A DNA stretch of 64,000 bases from Haplodiscus bocki (taxonomy: Eukaryota). The position numbers and the translations under genes are program-made. This document shows, in pieces, positions 1 to 12,221 of this stretch; positions within the stretch are counted from its first letter, which is position 1; every line of letters begins with the position of its first letter. The DNA is taken from assembly GCA_965655095.1 (NCBI GenBank), contig OZ296658.1, positions 51,088,001 through 51,152,000 on the forward strand. Reading direction: 5' to 3'. Under the pieces are notes generated by a model. It was not told the DNA's origin. It was given only the letters and a program-made list of their open reading frames with translations, and ran no database searches.

Positions 1-1560
1 AATCCATCACTTACAACACTACTGCTTCTTTGGAATAGCTAACTTGTACGGACTTTGTAGACCTTGGTCAAGGTTAAGACAGAAATTGACAAATGTTTTG
101 GTTCAAAGGTGATTCCAACATCGAATTGTTTATGTGAAGTATAAACTGAATCTGTTTATCAACTCGATGTCATAAATTTTGTATTTGATGAATTTATTGC
201 TCACCAATCCATTTTTAACTTTCCATATGAAGTAAATTCAACTATTTACTTTCCTTAAAATTTCTTCATATTAGAAGCTGGTTGAGTTGAAACACTGGAG
301 ATAAAAAAAACCTTGATTCTCAAGCTAAAATTAAAATTGCGACTACATCATGTTGTTTTACAACCAAGAAAACTTCTTCCGAAAAACTTAAACTAACTGT
401 AATTGAATTGCAACAAGTATCAGAAACTGAAAAGACGGATTCCGGAGAAAAAAAATTTCGTCTGAAATGAACACTATAAAACGGCAGACAAAAAGCATGT
501 TTAAACTTCACGACTGATACGGAAAACCACAATATTGTCGTGTAACGTCGCCGAAACAATTTGTACCTCAAATATAATGAAGTTGATCCGGATTTGAAAG
601 AATACCCGCCACTCTTGGCAAAACAATTGTATCTAATGTGCTATCTTGACATTTTTTTAAAGCGGTGCATTGAATTGGATGAAGCAACTGTTTCATAATA
701 GATAAAACACGTGATTTTGTCCAGAAAAGGAATGAAACTCCTTATATGGAATTTTCACGTGACAATAACCTAAGAAAAACGTATATAGGCATCAATTTGC
801 AGCTTGAAAATGATTTTTTATCTTTTATTCTCAATAAATTATCTAATCTTTCAGCTACCAGCATACCACCTCGATAACCAAAAACCCATGGTTTACAACA
901 CTACTGCTTCGTTGGACTAGCTAACTTGTACGGACTTTGTAAACTTTGGTGAATTTTAATACAGATTATGACATTTGTTTTGGTCCAAGAGTGACTCTAA
1001 CATCGCATTTTTTATGTGACGTATAAACTGAGTTTCTTTGTCGACTCGAGGTGATGAATTTTGTATTTATTTAATTTATTGCTCATCAGTCCAATTTTAT
1101 TTTTCCATAGGAAGTAGGTTCTACTATATACTTCAACTCATTTTTCGTTGTGTTCGAGGCAGTCCAAACAGTGGAGATAATAGAAACCCATTTCTAAAAC
1201 TAAAGTAAAAAATTTTGTTATTATCATGTTGTACTTGCAACTCCAGATATTTTTCCTGAAAAACCTACACTTACTAAAGTTGAAAAGCAAAAATCAACAG
1301 ATTGTCAGTAGACTGATCCCAAAGAAGAAGATTTTTACTTAAAATGGATAATATATAAAGGTAGGAAAAGATATGTGTAAACTTCAAGACTGAAACAAAC
1401 AAGTTGAAAATTGTCTTGTACTGTTACCGAAACACTTTGTTTGTCAAAGGTAATGAATTCGGACTCAATTAGTCAAACTGTCAGGAGCCCTTGGCAAAAC
1501 GAGCTTTTATATTGACTTGCATTGACCTATTTTTGAAGCGGTGCAATGTACTGACTGAAA
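1..1560 (+). repeat. Diverged tandem duplication (~882-bp period) of a two-ORF Polinton cassette, possibly PC4-like ssDNA-binding remnants
   Basis: ttacaacactactgcttc..ctaacttgtacggactttgta occurs at 11 and 893, and homology continues to ~660/1540. Both copies translate with stops as YNTTASL-x-LTCTDFV.. and ..KLTxxExQxxxDxxKTDxxExxFxLKW..LLAK. The PC4-like assignment is recall/inference only. Confidence 0.7.
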
Positions 1561-1989
1561 TAATCTTTCATAATTGAAGCAAACTTCGTCAAGAAATTAT
1601 ATTCCTCTTCTGATGAGCAATTTCCAAAAACATTTGGGATAAAAAAAATCGTTTGACCACAACAGTGGTCGCCTAAACCTATCTCTAAATGCATATTCGG
1701 ATGATAGTTTTTATACGTGGGATGGATCAAAAGTTAAAAATTGGTTAAACCATTGGATTTGGTGACTTGTACTTGGAGTTCATATTTTGTCATTTCAAAA
1801 AGTTTTGAGGAAATGCAATACTCCATGATGCTGCTGGAGCTTTGTCGTCAAGATGTGTTAATGACGCGCTTACTGCTACACGCTTGGATGGACCAAATTC
1901 ATTTGTCCTTGGTCACGTGACACGACTAATATTTTGCCTTTACGTAAAACTCTTTCCTTTTTCATTTATTTTGACTGTTGAAGCAGTAT

Positions 1990-2395
1990 GTCTTGCCTTG
2001 TACTAGACTTCGAGCTGGCAAAAAAGACGCTATTAGGGGGTTAGGAGTTCTTATTGTTGGTAATGTTCAGGGTTGCTCATTTAGTCTGCCAAGAAACCAA
2101 CAAATCAAGTATCCGTTTTTTGTGGAACAGTGGAAGTTTGGATTACAAGGAGCTCCCAAATTTTCTTTCGTAATAAATGAAGGCTGTGTGTTTTGCAAAA
2201 AGGACAGAAAAAAGCAAGTTTTTGAAAATTTAACGGATAAACAGTAAGAAAACTTTGATGATCATGGCTGCTCCAAACATCGAGATTTTGTTGATCATAA
2301 AGCAACTGCAAAGTGTGGATTTGCTCGAATTGCCCATTGCTACACTATACTACACTTCAATGTGCGGAGCGGAATGCAAAAATGCTTGATAGCTA
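1990..2395 (+). pseudogene. DEDD-type 3'-5' exonuclease-like Polinton accessory gene (frameshifted)
   Basis: VLDFELA..IRGLGV..VQGCSF, later WNSGSLDYKELP, FAKRTEK, ENFDDHGCSK and C-terminal TLQCAERNAK across frames. Confidence 0.65.
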
Positions 2396-2784
2396 GAAAA
2401 TGCAGTACTCGAAGACGCAGATTTTGCATTGTTGAATGTTATGTCAGTTTCTACTTAAATAGATCATCTAAGAAGATTCAATCTTTTTTCAGAAATTCGT
2501 TATCGAGCGTTTGAGCCTTTTAGCTAGATCACTGATCAAGCCGACATTATGAAATCAGGCAATTATGTCTGCGACCATAACAATTGAGAAAGAAAATCAT
2601 GTTCTTGTTTAGGAAAAACCTGTACCAGATCTCTGTTTATCTCTTTTTCCTAACATTTTGTTATTTTGTTGATTATCTTTGGTTGCTTTTGCAGAATTCA
2701 CCTTTCGAAAACCTGTGACGAACCAGTTGTTTGCATGGGAATGTTTTCTGGTGCAACAGGACACAGTTTACAATCACCAAGTCT

Positions 2785-3650
2785 AAGAACAAGTTAAACT
2801 CTACAAAAAATTGCGTCTTCATATCACTGGTCTCTCTGTTCGAGACGGAAGATATACAACTTTCTTACGATGGGCTCAGAACTAGAATTTTCAACCAACA
2901 TTTAAGAAAATTTGTTTATTTGGCAACAATTTTAGTCACTCTACGATGTTGTGCAGAAAGAGATGGAATATCTTAAGTTCGTTCAAATTTTAAACATTGA
3001 ATTTATAGATTCGTTAAAAAACAGTGGTACAAAGTACTTTCCAACTTTTCACAATTATTGTGAAAAAACTGGGAACTCAGAAGCATTTGTTGATAGTGCT
3101 AGCTGGACGACATCTTGAGTTGAGTTCTTTTTAGATTCAGCACACCTTGTTTCATCAAAAATGTTTTTGTCGTGACTTTGAGCTCCAAAACTCGCACACT
3201 GTTCTCTCCAAAACTCCCGTGATGTGGTGCAAGACACTACACTGAGTACACATGTGGGTCTCGGACCCGAGATAAATGGCTGGTGGATATTGAGATGCAA
3301 GATCTGTTCTCTACGGTTATTTATTGAGTGACCTGTGGGCCACGAACAGACGATCGGCTACGTTATTGTTCAAATGATGGACCCATTCCCTCAAATTTAT
3401 TTATCCCCGACCGGTTGAAACATTTAGAGTTTTTGAGCGATGAACACAAAAAGTCTCTCTGTTCTCCGACTTCTTCTTGTTTTTTAACGCACACCCAATT
3501 TTTTTTTCCTCACTGTTGCCCAATGGGTTTCAACAGGTTTCTCCGCGAAAACATAGTGTATCTGCTCAAAGGAAAACAGCGAGGCATAAAAGACAAAATG
3601 TGACAGAATTTCTCAACGACGTTCGTTAGCTCTTTCCGTTTGACTCCAAA
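2785..3650 (+). pseudogene. A32/FtsK-like DNA packaging ATPase
   Basis: Decayed Walker A (VFISLVSLFETEDIQL vs. VGPSxTGKS), Walker B region KNSGTKY.., arginine-finger motif AGRH, then HTLFHQ..RDFELQNSHTVL..PRD and PRTDDRLRYC (ORF 3328-3603). Confidence 0.85.
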
Positions 3651-3739
3651 AATTATCACTTGAGATCCGAAAATTGATTACAACTCAAAAAATTCTCTAC
3701 TCTTCCAGTCATTATTTATTTTTTCTGATTCGGTGCAGT

Positions 3740-4160
3740 TCAATCATATTCTTGTTTCTCATAATCCTGACAGATCGTATTTCTGACAACAACAACAAAA
3801 AATTGAATTACAAAGCAGTTACAGTGCAAAAACTTCCAAAATATCAAGTTGAACAAATTAACTTGGCTGAAAAGGAAAGGAAATAAATTGAGAAAAAAAT
3901 TGCGGAAGCAGACTCTCCAATCAACAAAGCTTTGTCTTGTCTGCTTATCAAGCTCTGAAATTTGCAGACTTTATTATTGCATGGTGCAGAAACTGGAGTT
4001 TTACTGTTAGTCTCTGTTCAGCAACAGTTTTGTAAAAATGCAGACGTTTCCGATATTTACCTCACTTTTTTTTGAAGCTGCTGCCATATTTCCGACTCTG
4101 GTTCTAACTCAAAAGGCTAAATCGAAAGAAAAAGCAATCTAGGTTTTTCTTAAAACATTA
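3740..4160 (+). pseudogene. Polinton ORF of unknown function between ATPase and integrase
   Basis: Coding-like frame QKLPKYQ...ADSPINKALSCLLIKL*NLQTLLLHGAETG..KNADVSDIY..TLVLTQKAK, co-oriented and abutting the integrase. Confidence 0.55.
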
Positions 4161-4164
4161 ACAT

Positions 4165-5050
4165 CAAAAGTTGCAAAGATTGTACACACAAGGTGTTGCT
4201 GCTGGTGGATCTCTAAGCAAACTAGTTGAAACTAGGAATCTACCAGTAGCCAAGGTGACACAATTTTTGCCTTCAAAACCATGTTCTACGAAATTGACGC
4301 GGTCGACGGGTAAATTCAAGAACAGTCAAGCGTTTGTTAGGTTTGAAATTGAAACTTGGTGTATGGACTCAGCATAGTTTGATAAAATAGCCAAAAATAA
4401 AAACGGGTAACGAATCTACCAGTTCGTCGAGACCTATTTGGTAGAACCGTAGTTGCAAAAGGAATGAAAACAAAAAAGTCCACAGAATCAGTTGGCACAG
4501 TTTCAACTTTGAATACAAAATAGAATCGAACCAGGAAAAATCGGGTCGATAAGGGAACAGAATGTGCAGGAGAGGAACAAAAAACTTTGAAAAGCTTGAA
4601 GCATACAAAATTAATCTGCAATGAGTGAGAGTAGGCTGCATTTATATGCTGAACGTACAATACGGTCTTTAAAAAATAATCTTTACCGTGACATGATAGA
4701 TTATGTATCTAGGTAAATTCACAAGTTATCTCTATTGGCCAAAAGCCTTAAATCTAGAGAAACTTGGTCGAAAGACTGGATACCAAAAAATGTCATGAAA
4801 TACCAATTTTTTCCCATATAGCAAGCCACTACAATATTATAGCCAACCCAAATTTTGTATTGAAGACAAAGTACGCATCTCGACGTACGACTTACCCTTC
4901 AAGATGAGCTATAAGCCACAGTTTACAGGAGAGGTTTTTAAAATTGTCGCGATTTCTTCCGGAAAGCCCACAACAAACACAAAAAAAAGTGAACAGGATG
5001 AGATTACTCGTGGCAAATTTTATCAAAAAGATTTGATCGAAATATCTTAA
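4165..5050 (+). pseudogene. Retroviral-like (rve) integrase of Polinton
   Basis: LYTQG..GSL..; DDE region WCMDSA (D1), KNRVDKGTE (D2), AAFICxER (E); C-terminal ISTYDLPFKMSYKPQFTGEVFKIV..GKFYQK. Confidence 0.9.
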
Positions 5051-5051
5051 A

Positions 5052-5830
5052 ATGGAATCCCCTGCAATAGAATTGGCTTCCATTGAATCTGCACTACACT
5101 TTCTAGACAACACACTCAGTTCTTTTATAAATTTGCTACCGGAACAACTGAATGTGGAGGGCCAATGGAAGATTGCAACTTCCAGAATATCCTACCCAGC
5201 TGTAGACAAAAAAAGTAACAGAAGGGATTTTCATGTTTTTTGTTCAAAGGTGTTATCTAAATTTCAGTCTTCATTTGGAACTTTTTTTCCATTACGAATA
5301 CTGTTGAAGCTTTGAACACGCTCATTCAGGATTGAAACATAGGCGGCAAAAACTGTAATACAATTAAAGTTTCTCTGGGAACGCAAAATGGTGAAATTTA
5401 CATTGAAAATGGGGAATGTGGTCTTGCATTCTTCAGTAACGACGTGGGACACATTTTCGGAAGTAATGTTGGCAAAGAATTGAGGGTGATGTTGAGCGGA
5501 ACAGGACCTCCCTTCTCCTTACGATATTATCCGCATACACTCTCGCATGATATACAAAGACCGGATCACTACAAAGTGTTGGTGACATAAAGGTTCGCTT
5601 GCTGTTTTGCAGCCCTTTCATTTCAAAAGCAATTGCTGGGGTCATTATAACTACTCAACAGTATGTGAACTTTAAGACTTTCAGTAACCTATAAGTTAGA
5701 CCACTGCTCAAAAAGTCTTATCATAGTGTTCACACTGTCTTCAGAGACACCAACGATGAAAAATTACCTTTGTATGTGTCGATATCACTCATGTTGAACT
5801 GACGTTTAAAAAAACCTGCGACTTTAGTTT
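5052..5830 (+). pseudogene. Minor capsid (penton, single jelly-roll) protein
   Basis: MESPAIELASIESALHFLDNTLSSFINLLPEQLNVEGQWKIATSRISYP (typical NTxSxFxxxLPxxxxLxGxWEVA start); VGDIKVRLL; C-terminal FSNL*VRPL..HSVH..RDTNDEKLP. Confidence 0.85.
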
Positions 5831-5849
5831 CTATCGAAAAAGACGCTAA

Positions 5850-6220
5850 AAGGCTGTTGCTTCAGGACAAATAGTGAAGATTTCATTTTATAGAGGTTTT
5901 CGTTGACAGCATGGAAGGGTAATTGGTGCAGTTGCACAAGTTTTTACGAGAACCGAAATTCCATTTTTGTATATAAATATCGTCACAGCTGCAAAACTTG
6001 TCAGTGCTTACTTGTTGGAATTTGCTGCGCCAGAGATTGCAAAGGTTCTTAGTGGTAGAAGGAATTTTAAGAAAGTAACAAAGAACCCGGGAAAAGAAAC
6101 TCTGTGAAAATAGTTGGGTAGCGGTAGCAAGAAAAAATCTGCCAGCAGCATCATTTCAACAAAAACTGCGAAACAAACCAATTGGTCGAGAAGAGACATT
6201 TTTACAAGATTTTCTCAATA
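5850..6220 (+). pseudogene. Small basic core protein (pVII/pX-like) with QxGxG protease-cleavage-type motif
   Basis: FYRGFR*QHGRVIGAVAQV..IPFL..IVTAAKLVSAYLLEFAAPEIAKVLSGRRNFK..LGSGSKKK; lies between penton and MCP as in adintoviruses. Confidence 0.65.
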
Positions 6221-6223
6221 ACC

Positions 6224-7270
6224 ATGTCAGATAGTTTTTGGTAAAAACTTTTTGTGGCGGTTTATGGAAATGTTGGAGAAAAAGTCCCAGTATGAGACAA
6301 TGTTCTGTCGTGCCACGAACGATGAAATTCTCCAAATACCTCGCTGGATGCCAATTGCATGGAGAGTAAATCTCGAACGAATCGGAACTCCTATTTTGAT
6401 TTGAAACCGTCTTAAATGGCTTTTAAACTGCAATCGGTCGGAGGTCTTGGTTACGGATTCTATAAGACCAAAGAATTTTAAAAGGAGCACAAGGAAGAGT
6501 GAAACAAAAAATCAGAAGCAGAGGAAACACAGGAGGATGAAAAAGACGCTCGAGTTTCTCAGCTTAATCATGTAAACAACATTTTGCAATAAATTTTTCT
6601 AACGTTGAGGTCTGCATCAAAAAGCAACAAAAATACATTTTTAATGGATTGTAAACGCACAATTTTTACATTTTCAACAAGTTTCAGGGAGCATCTCTGA
6701 GTTCAAAGGAGTTTTGCAGTGCAAAGGGTATGTTTATGGAGAACCCCTCAATGACTTAATGCAGACAAATTTGTCTTACCCTTCTTTTATCGGGTGATTG
6801 AAAAAGTTTGATGGACCCGATGTCTCCATGTTGAATGGAAAAAAAGGAGTTGGTTTTTCTTCTACCTCTGAAGAGCTTTTCCCAAATACGGAATTGAGGC
6901 AAATTCCGGTATCGGCAAATTGGTCTCAGACAAATAACACACTTCAGAGACGGATGGCCATTTCTTGATTTTGATGCTGCTCATAAATGTGACTTTTTTT
7001 GTTACCACAATGACAACAATGAACTTTCAAGATGATATCTCCTTAATACTCATGGATATTTTCAAATTCAAAGACCTTTAGGTACTAATGTATGATTTGA
7101 TTTCATAACATTACTGAAATATGTTCAATACTCAGAACTATTTGGAGAATCACTCAGGTTGGGGCTAAGGTTAACCTACCTTCTAGAACAAGTTACTGAA
7201 CTCATTGTATTCAGAAGACGAATGTCTTTGGTTTCAGTTGAAGAGTTTTATGTTGTTGGATAGAGTGTCC
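6224..7270 (+). pseudogene. Major capsid protein (double jelly-roll), internally deleted
   Basis: HVNNILQ*IFxNVEVCI..NGL*xH; GVLQCKGYVY; FFSTSEELFPN then jumps to FRYRQIGLRQI..LDFDAA (deletion near 6905); TTMTTMNFQDDI; C-terminal LFGESLRLGL..LEQVTELIV. Confidence 0.85.
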
Positions 7271-7274
7271 AAAT

Positions 7275-7670
7275 TTGAAAATGTTGCTCTCCGGCAAATA
7301 CTCAGTGGTATCTTCCTACTCATGGATCAATACTCAGTTCGTTCCCTTCAAATATTGTTCCATTTCTTCCCGATGAAACTTTAGCCATCATAAATACCCA
7401 ACCCAGCAATATTCAGAATGAGCATTGGATAAGGATTGCAAACTCGGTTCACGAATTGTTTTTTGTAAACCTTCTTGGAGCTGAAAAAACTTTCTCCTCA
7501 AGCAGCACTTCAAAAAGATGATGCCGGAACTACTACAGTCCCATCACAGCGTATGCGGTTTCTACACGGTATATGCAGCTTGTCATCTCTTCAAGTTGCC
7601 GCAAGAAGATTTTACTGGAGTTCACAATGGTAAAGTATTTTCTTTCTCACCTAAATACGTGTACTTTTTC
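7275..7670 (+). pseudogene. Adenain-like (C5) maturation cysteine protease
   Basis: IINTQPSNIQNEHWIRI (catalytic His), LFFVNLLG (decayed FDSLG), LQSHHSVCGFY (catalytic Gln/Cys). Confidence 0.9.
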
Positions 7671-7799
7671 CTTCTCTTCAATTTGAAAGTGCAAGTAACA
7701 CAATGTTTTTGTTACTTTTTCTACTCAATTTGACTTTTTGAAACTATAATTCAATCTCTTTACATTGCATTTGGTTGAAACAGCATTCTGAGTCCTGAT

Positions 7800-8268
7800 A
7801 AGTAACCGGAGGTGTCAAGAATTATATAAAGGCATGATAATTAGTCCAAGCCGTACTAATTATTAGCGGGGCCCTGGAAAATAGTTGAAAAAAACTTTCT
7901 CGAAAAAAGACTCATTTTGCCGAAAATAGGTCCTTCAGCCCACTCCTTATCTTTATAAAGTGCAACACCCTATAGCCTATACTAGTACATTGTAGATTAA
8001 TATTCTCATCCTAATGCTTTTCCAAACACAAAGTGATTCGGCCCAAAACCAAAAAGATGTCGCCGGCCAATCAGAACCGAGAACGAAAAACCTTGAAACT
8101 ACGTCAGCCTATCAGAATTGAGTATTACGTCACCCAAAAACAACCTAGAGCTCTCAGCTAGGGTTATAGACGCCTTCCGGTTCTCGGCTCTGCTCGGCTT
8201 GCTTTAGTTTGTCTTAATACATAGGGTCTTAAACTCCGCTCGACTGGTCTGCTCTTTTTTCCACTACT
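7800..8268. repeat. Putative right terminal inverted repeat of the Polinton
   Basis: Non-coding. Tandem CC(A/T)ATCAGAA(C/T)(C/T)GAG and TACGTCA motifs at 8065-8135; ends ...ccACTACT at 8268. The partner TIR is outside the window and the inner boundary is approximate. Confidence 0.6.
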
Positions 8269-9506
8269 ATCTGACTCCAATTTATATCTTGAGTACCAGA
8301 ATCCAGCGCTCTGTGGAATCTCCACAGTTGTTTTCCTTAAGTTGCGCCTTTCTGACGTACCCACTGTTGCTCCAGCCGGTACCCGAGCAATTTTTCACAA
8401 TCCAGCAAAGTCCCAACTAAAGCCAGGTCCGTAAAACTAAATGAATCAGACTATTTTCATCAGACTAACAAGTTGGCTCCTAGAAAGCTCCTGTTGCAGG
8501 TTATTGCCTGCGACGGCATCATATGTCAAATTAACAAAAAAGATCCTCAAAAAATTTTAACCACATTTTCAGGACTGAAACTAGGATGTATAATTATAAA
8601 TAAACACATAAATATAAATGTAAACATCAACTGATACATAGTTCTACACCCCTTTGTAACTGTCTCAAAACAAAATATTTCACGATGCTTCGATATTTTT
8701 ATGTTTTTTTAATGTCACATGTAACTCCATACTAATATCAATAATACAGGGCGCACCTGAGCGCCAAGGATGGAGCACGTTCATTTCAGTAGTTGTTTAT
8801 CGATTTGTTTACTGCTTTGTCAAACTGTCTTTGGCTGAAGCTACTCTGAACAACCATTGACAAAGAACAAGTGCCTTCAATCTATCATGTCATAAAAAGT
8901 GCTGTTGACGTGATTTTAACGTAGTTGACCGCAGTCAAGCCTTTTTTTTCCACGCCGAACTGCTGTTCCAAACTTATGGCGAAATCACGTCAACAATCGG
9001 AAAAATCACGTTAAGAAGAAACAAAAATAATAATGATATCAGTACCATAAAAATAGCCACTAGTGATCATTTACCCCTAAGGTTGATGAACTAACATGAA
9101 AATTACTCCAAAATTATTTGTGAAACCCATATAAAAGCAACTCTTTAAATTTATATCATGATTGCGAAATAACGTAAAGAGTTTGACAGCTAACGTTAAA
9201 AGTAAATCAAATCGTGTATGTATGACATTGAAAAAATCGACCTAATACGGTCCGATGTAGTGCTATGTCATACTCGTGTCAAACATAAAATATCATGACG
9301 GCAATTGTTTTCCATGATTTTATCCATGCATGCAATTTTACACGAAGCTCTTTTACTCACCTATACCATCACCATCATAAGAAGTTTTTATATTTTGAAT
9401 ATCATGTAAAAGCGGTATTCTATTCTTTGGTGATATATATTTAGAGCTTCAATGGTCTTTTCAAAACTACGTAATATAGTGCATTAATTAGGCGGTAAAT
9501 TTTCCC

Positions 9507-10353
9507 TTGATGTTGTAGTTTCAGTTACATCCACATTGAATGTCAGCCTTGGAGAGAACCCGATTGGATATCGAGAAAATGATATGACCCCCAGTTTTCC
9601 AGAGAACGAATTGAACGAGGACAAAAAAATATTACGCAATCAACTTACCGATCAGTTGCATAACTCAATTCGAACGGTTCACGAAACAATCGGCCTTTTT
9701 TAAACAAAACTCGCATTGTTTGGATATTTGTTTGTTTCATTGTGCTCTGTCAAAATTTTTTCGGAGTTCATTTCCAAAGATAATTCAAAATGGTTTCTGA
9801 TCGGAAGAAGAAACACCAACACAAAGATGAACTTAGTCAGTTGAACGAAACTTTAAACGATTTTGTCATCGTTAATTGAACCAATTTAGGTGCAATTGGA
9901 AAAGAGACCGTAGAACCTCAAACCAACGGTCTTTCTATTAAGTTTGGAAATATAATAGTCGCTTAAAACAGTTCATGTCGGGATCAAGTCATTGAAAAGA
10001 ATTATGACGACAAAATCAGGAAGTCGGTTGTTAATGCTGTTATGACTGTCGGAATTCGGGTTCATGATGCGATTTTGACAGCGATGGACAAGGTAGTAAT
10101 ACGCGAGTTAAAATGGCGGAGGGATCAATCACCCGGTCATCAGGACGAGGACCCTGTAGTATGGTCTAAAACCCCGATCAAAGAGATTTCACAGGGAATA
10201 CTGAGTACACTCCGCTCATGTCAGCCTGCAGCTGAATAGGTTTACACGTTGAGCAAGACAGAAATTATGACACTCCTAGTTTTGGAAATTTCGAGGATGT
10301 CGACTTTCCGGCATTAGGACCTAATTAGGACCGGAATGCGCACGCTCATCACA
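9507..10353 (+). mobile_element. Probable solo LTR (~845 bp) containing a decayed ORF
   Basis: Starts t-TGATG, ends CATCACA (imperfect inverted termini). Internal frame from ATG 9790 (MVSDRKKKHQ..LSQLNETLNDFVI..RVHDAILTAMDKVVI..FPALGPN*DRNAHAHH) runs to the terminal CA. No clear TSD. Confidence 0.55.
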
Positions 10354-10925
10354 ACTTCTTCGCTGGAGTATTTCACAAACAAATGTGCTGCCATTATGGC
10401 GACTGTTGTTAGGCCGTTCAGAGCTACAATTTTTTTCAAACTAGACTCGTTCTCAAGCTGATTGGGTTTCATTTAATAAGAAAATGGGAAATCAATGACA
10501 GGAGAACTATGACCGATTCGGCAGTGCCCAACTTCTGGCGTCTAGAAGTAAGAAATCTCAGGAACAACAGCATACACTCTGGAGTAAGACCATACGTCAT
10601 CGACAGTACTCCCTTGACAAGAAAAGGGCCGAATGTTGCAGTCCAGAACCTGTTTCTCACTGAGGCTCTGCAACTTTCTTTAAAAAATTCTGAGCTACAT
10701 CTTAAACTCTTTGGTTAATAAAAGAATTTTTAAACTCAGTTTTATCACCCAGTGAGACATTGGTGATATGAATTCAAAGATTAGTTTTCAAGAGTTCTAA
10801 AAAGATTTTTTTTAGGTCATATTTACTTCACTGAGGTCTAACTTGTTTATGGCTTCACAGCGTTCTTGAATTCTTTTTTAAATCTTTGTCAGTATTGGGG
10901 TGTAAACACGCATTGGACTTACTCA

Positions 10926-11172
10926 CACTGTAAAAACGGCTCAGATAAAATTACATGAAAAAGCAGGCTAATTAGCCTGCGGCCTGCATTTATTTCAGCC
11001 CCATTTGCGGTTTACCTGCGGTACATGAATTAGCTGGTAAATATACCTGTAAAATCGTGGCAAAGACATGAGCTTTATAGGTAAATTTACCTGCTAATTC
11101 ATGAACCGCAGGTAAACCGCATATGGGGCCGAAATGCATGCTGGCCGCAGGCTAAACTGCCTACTTTTTCAT
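10926..11172. repeat. CACTG-started non-autonomous DNA element end with ~100-bp-arm palindrome
   Basis: CACTGTAAAAA at 10926. Arms 10955-11053 and 11074-11172 are reverse complements with about ten mismatches by eye; ~20-nt loop. Confidence 0.7.
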
Positions 11173-12021
11173 ATCTTAAGTACGCAATATATGTAGTAAT
11201 TCTGCATACAGAACGCGAGCAAGTTCCACCGTATACTTTGCGCAAAATTAACTTCAGAAACAAGCTAAGCTAAAGGCCTTTAAGTGTGAAATTCAAACAA
11301 AAATTGCCAGTAATTTAAAGTGCAGATGCGCAGCAAAGTATTTGCACAATACAGTGAAAACTACAAGTAACCTGCCCGTGAGTTTACTTGCACATGATCA
11401 CAAAACAACCTGCTTATAATCACTAAATTTGTCTGCAAACAGCACACAAAAATATACCCAAAACGCATGTGAAGCTAAATGCAAATCTAATGTTGTCCTT
11501 ACCACAACACATTACCATCAACGAACGTTATCAGGACCTCAAACTACCCAAATTTGGTATAGTCTCTTCTGGCAGACACTATGGTCAATCACACTGGCAA
11601 CGCTACCAACAAACAGCTGCTCCACAAATCCCATTACATAGAAACTGAGCAAAAGCAAGAATGTAAACTGGACACAAACAATGAAAACTTTCATAACTGT
11701 CTTATGTACAAAACTCTTTGTTCTTTCAACTTTAATTGCTATTGAGTTCAAGATTCTCCACGAAGCATAGATTGTTTCAGCCAAGTATCACGGTAGAAGA
11801 ATCAAAGTATTTCTTTCATACAACGCGGCGCAGCTAATTATTACATGCGAAAAAATTCACCTGCATTAGTATCCTGTAGATTTAGGTTTGAGGTTACAAC
11901 ACCTTTTAGCAAGAAAAAGTATCGAATTAAAGTTTAATACCGATATCAAAAAATGATTTTTTTTTCATTATTTTAATTACCCAGGAGGGCTGTTATCTAC
12001 ATGCATGATGTTAATGAAGAC

Positions 12022-12221
12022 NNNNNNNNNNNNNNNNNNNNNNNNNNNNNNNNNNNNNNNNNNNNNNNNNNNNNNNNNNNNNNNNNNNNNNNNNNNNNNN
12101 NNNNNNNNNNNNNNNNNNNNNNNNNNNNNNNNNNNNNNNNNNNNNNNNNNNNNNNNNNNNNNNNNNNNNNNNNNNNNNNNNNNNNNNNNNNNNNNNNNNN
12201 NNNNNNNNNNNNNNNNNNNNN
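12022..12221. other. Assembly gap (200 N)
   Basis: Run of N. Confidence 1.

Larger units (their letters stand above)
1..8268 (+). mobile_element. Decayed Polinton/Maverick (adintovirus-type) element, right-hand portion; pPolB not seen in window
   Basis: Co-oriented pseudogenes for packaging ATPase, rve integrase, minor capsid, basic core protein, major capsid and adenain protease. Ends in ACTACT (8263-8268), the reverse complement of the AGTAGT-type Polinton terminus. Confidence 0.9.

Noticed and set aside
8164-8440. Minus-strand ORF next to the Polinton end
   Set aside because: It crosses the element boundary and has no recognisable product.
10360-10718. Possible host exon or LINE remnant (ADWVSF motif)
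   Set aside because: Stops in every frame and only a single weak motif.
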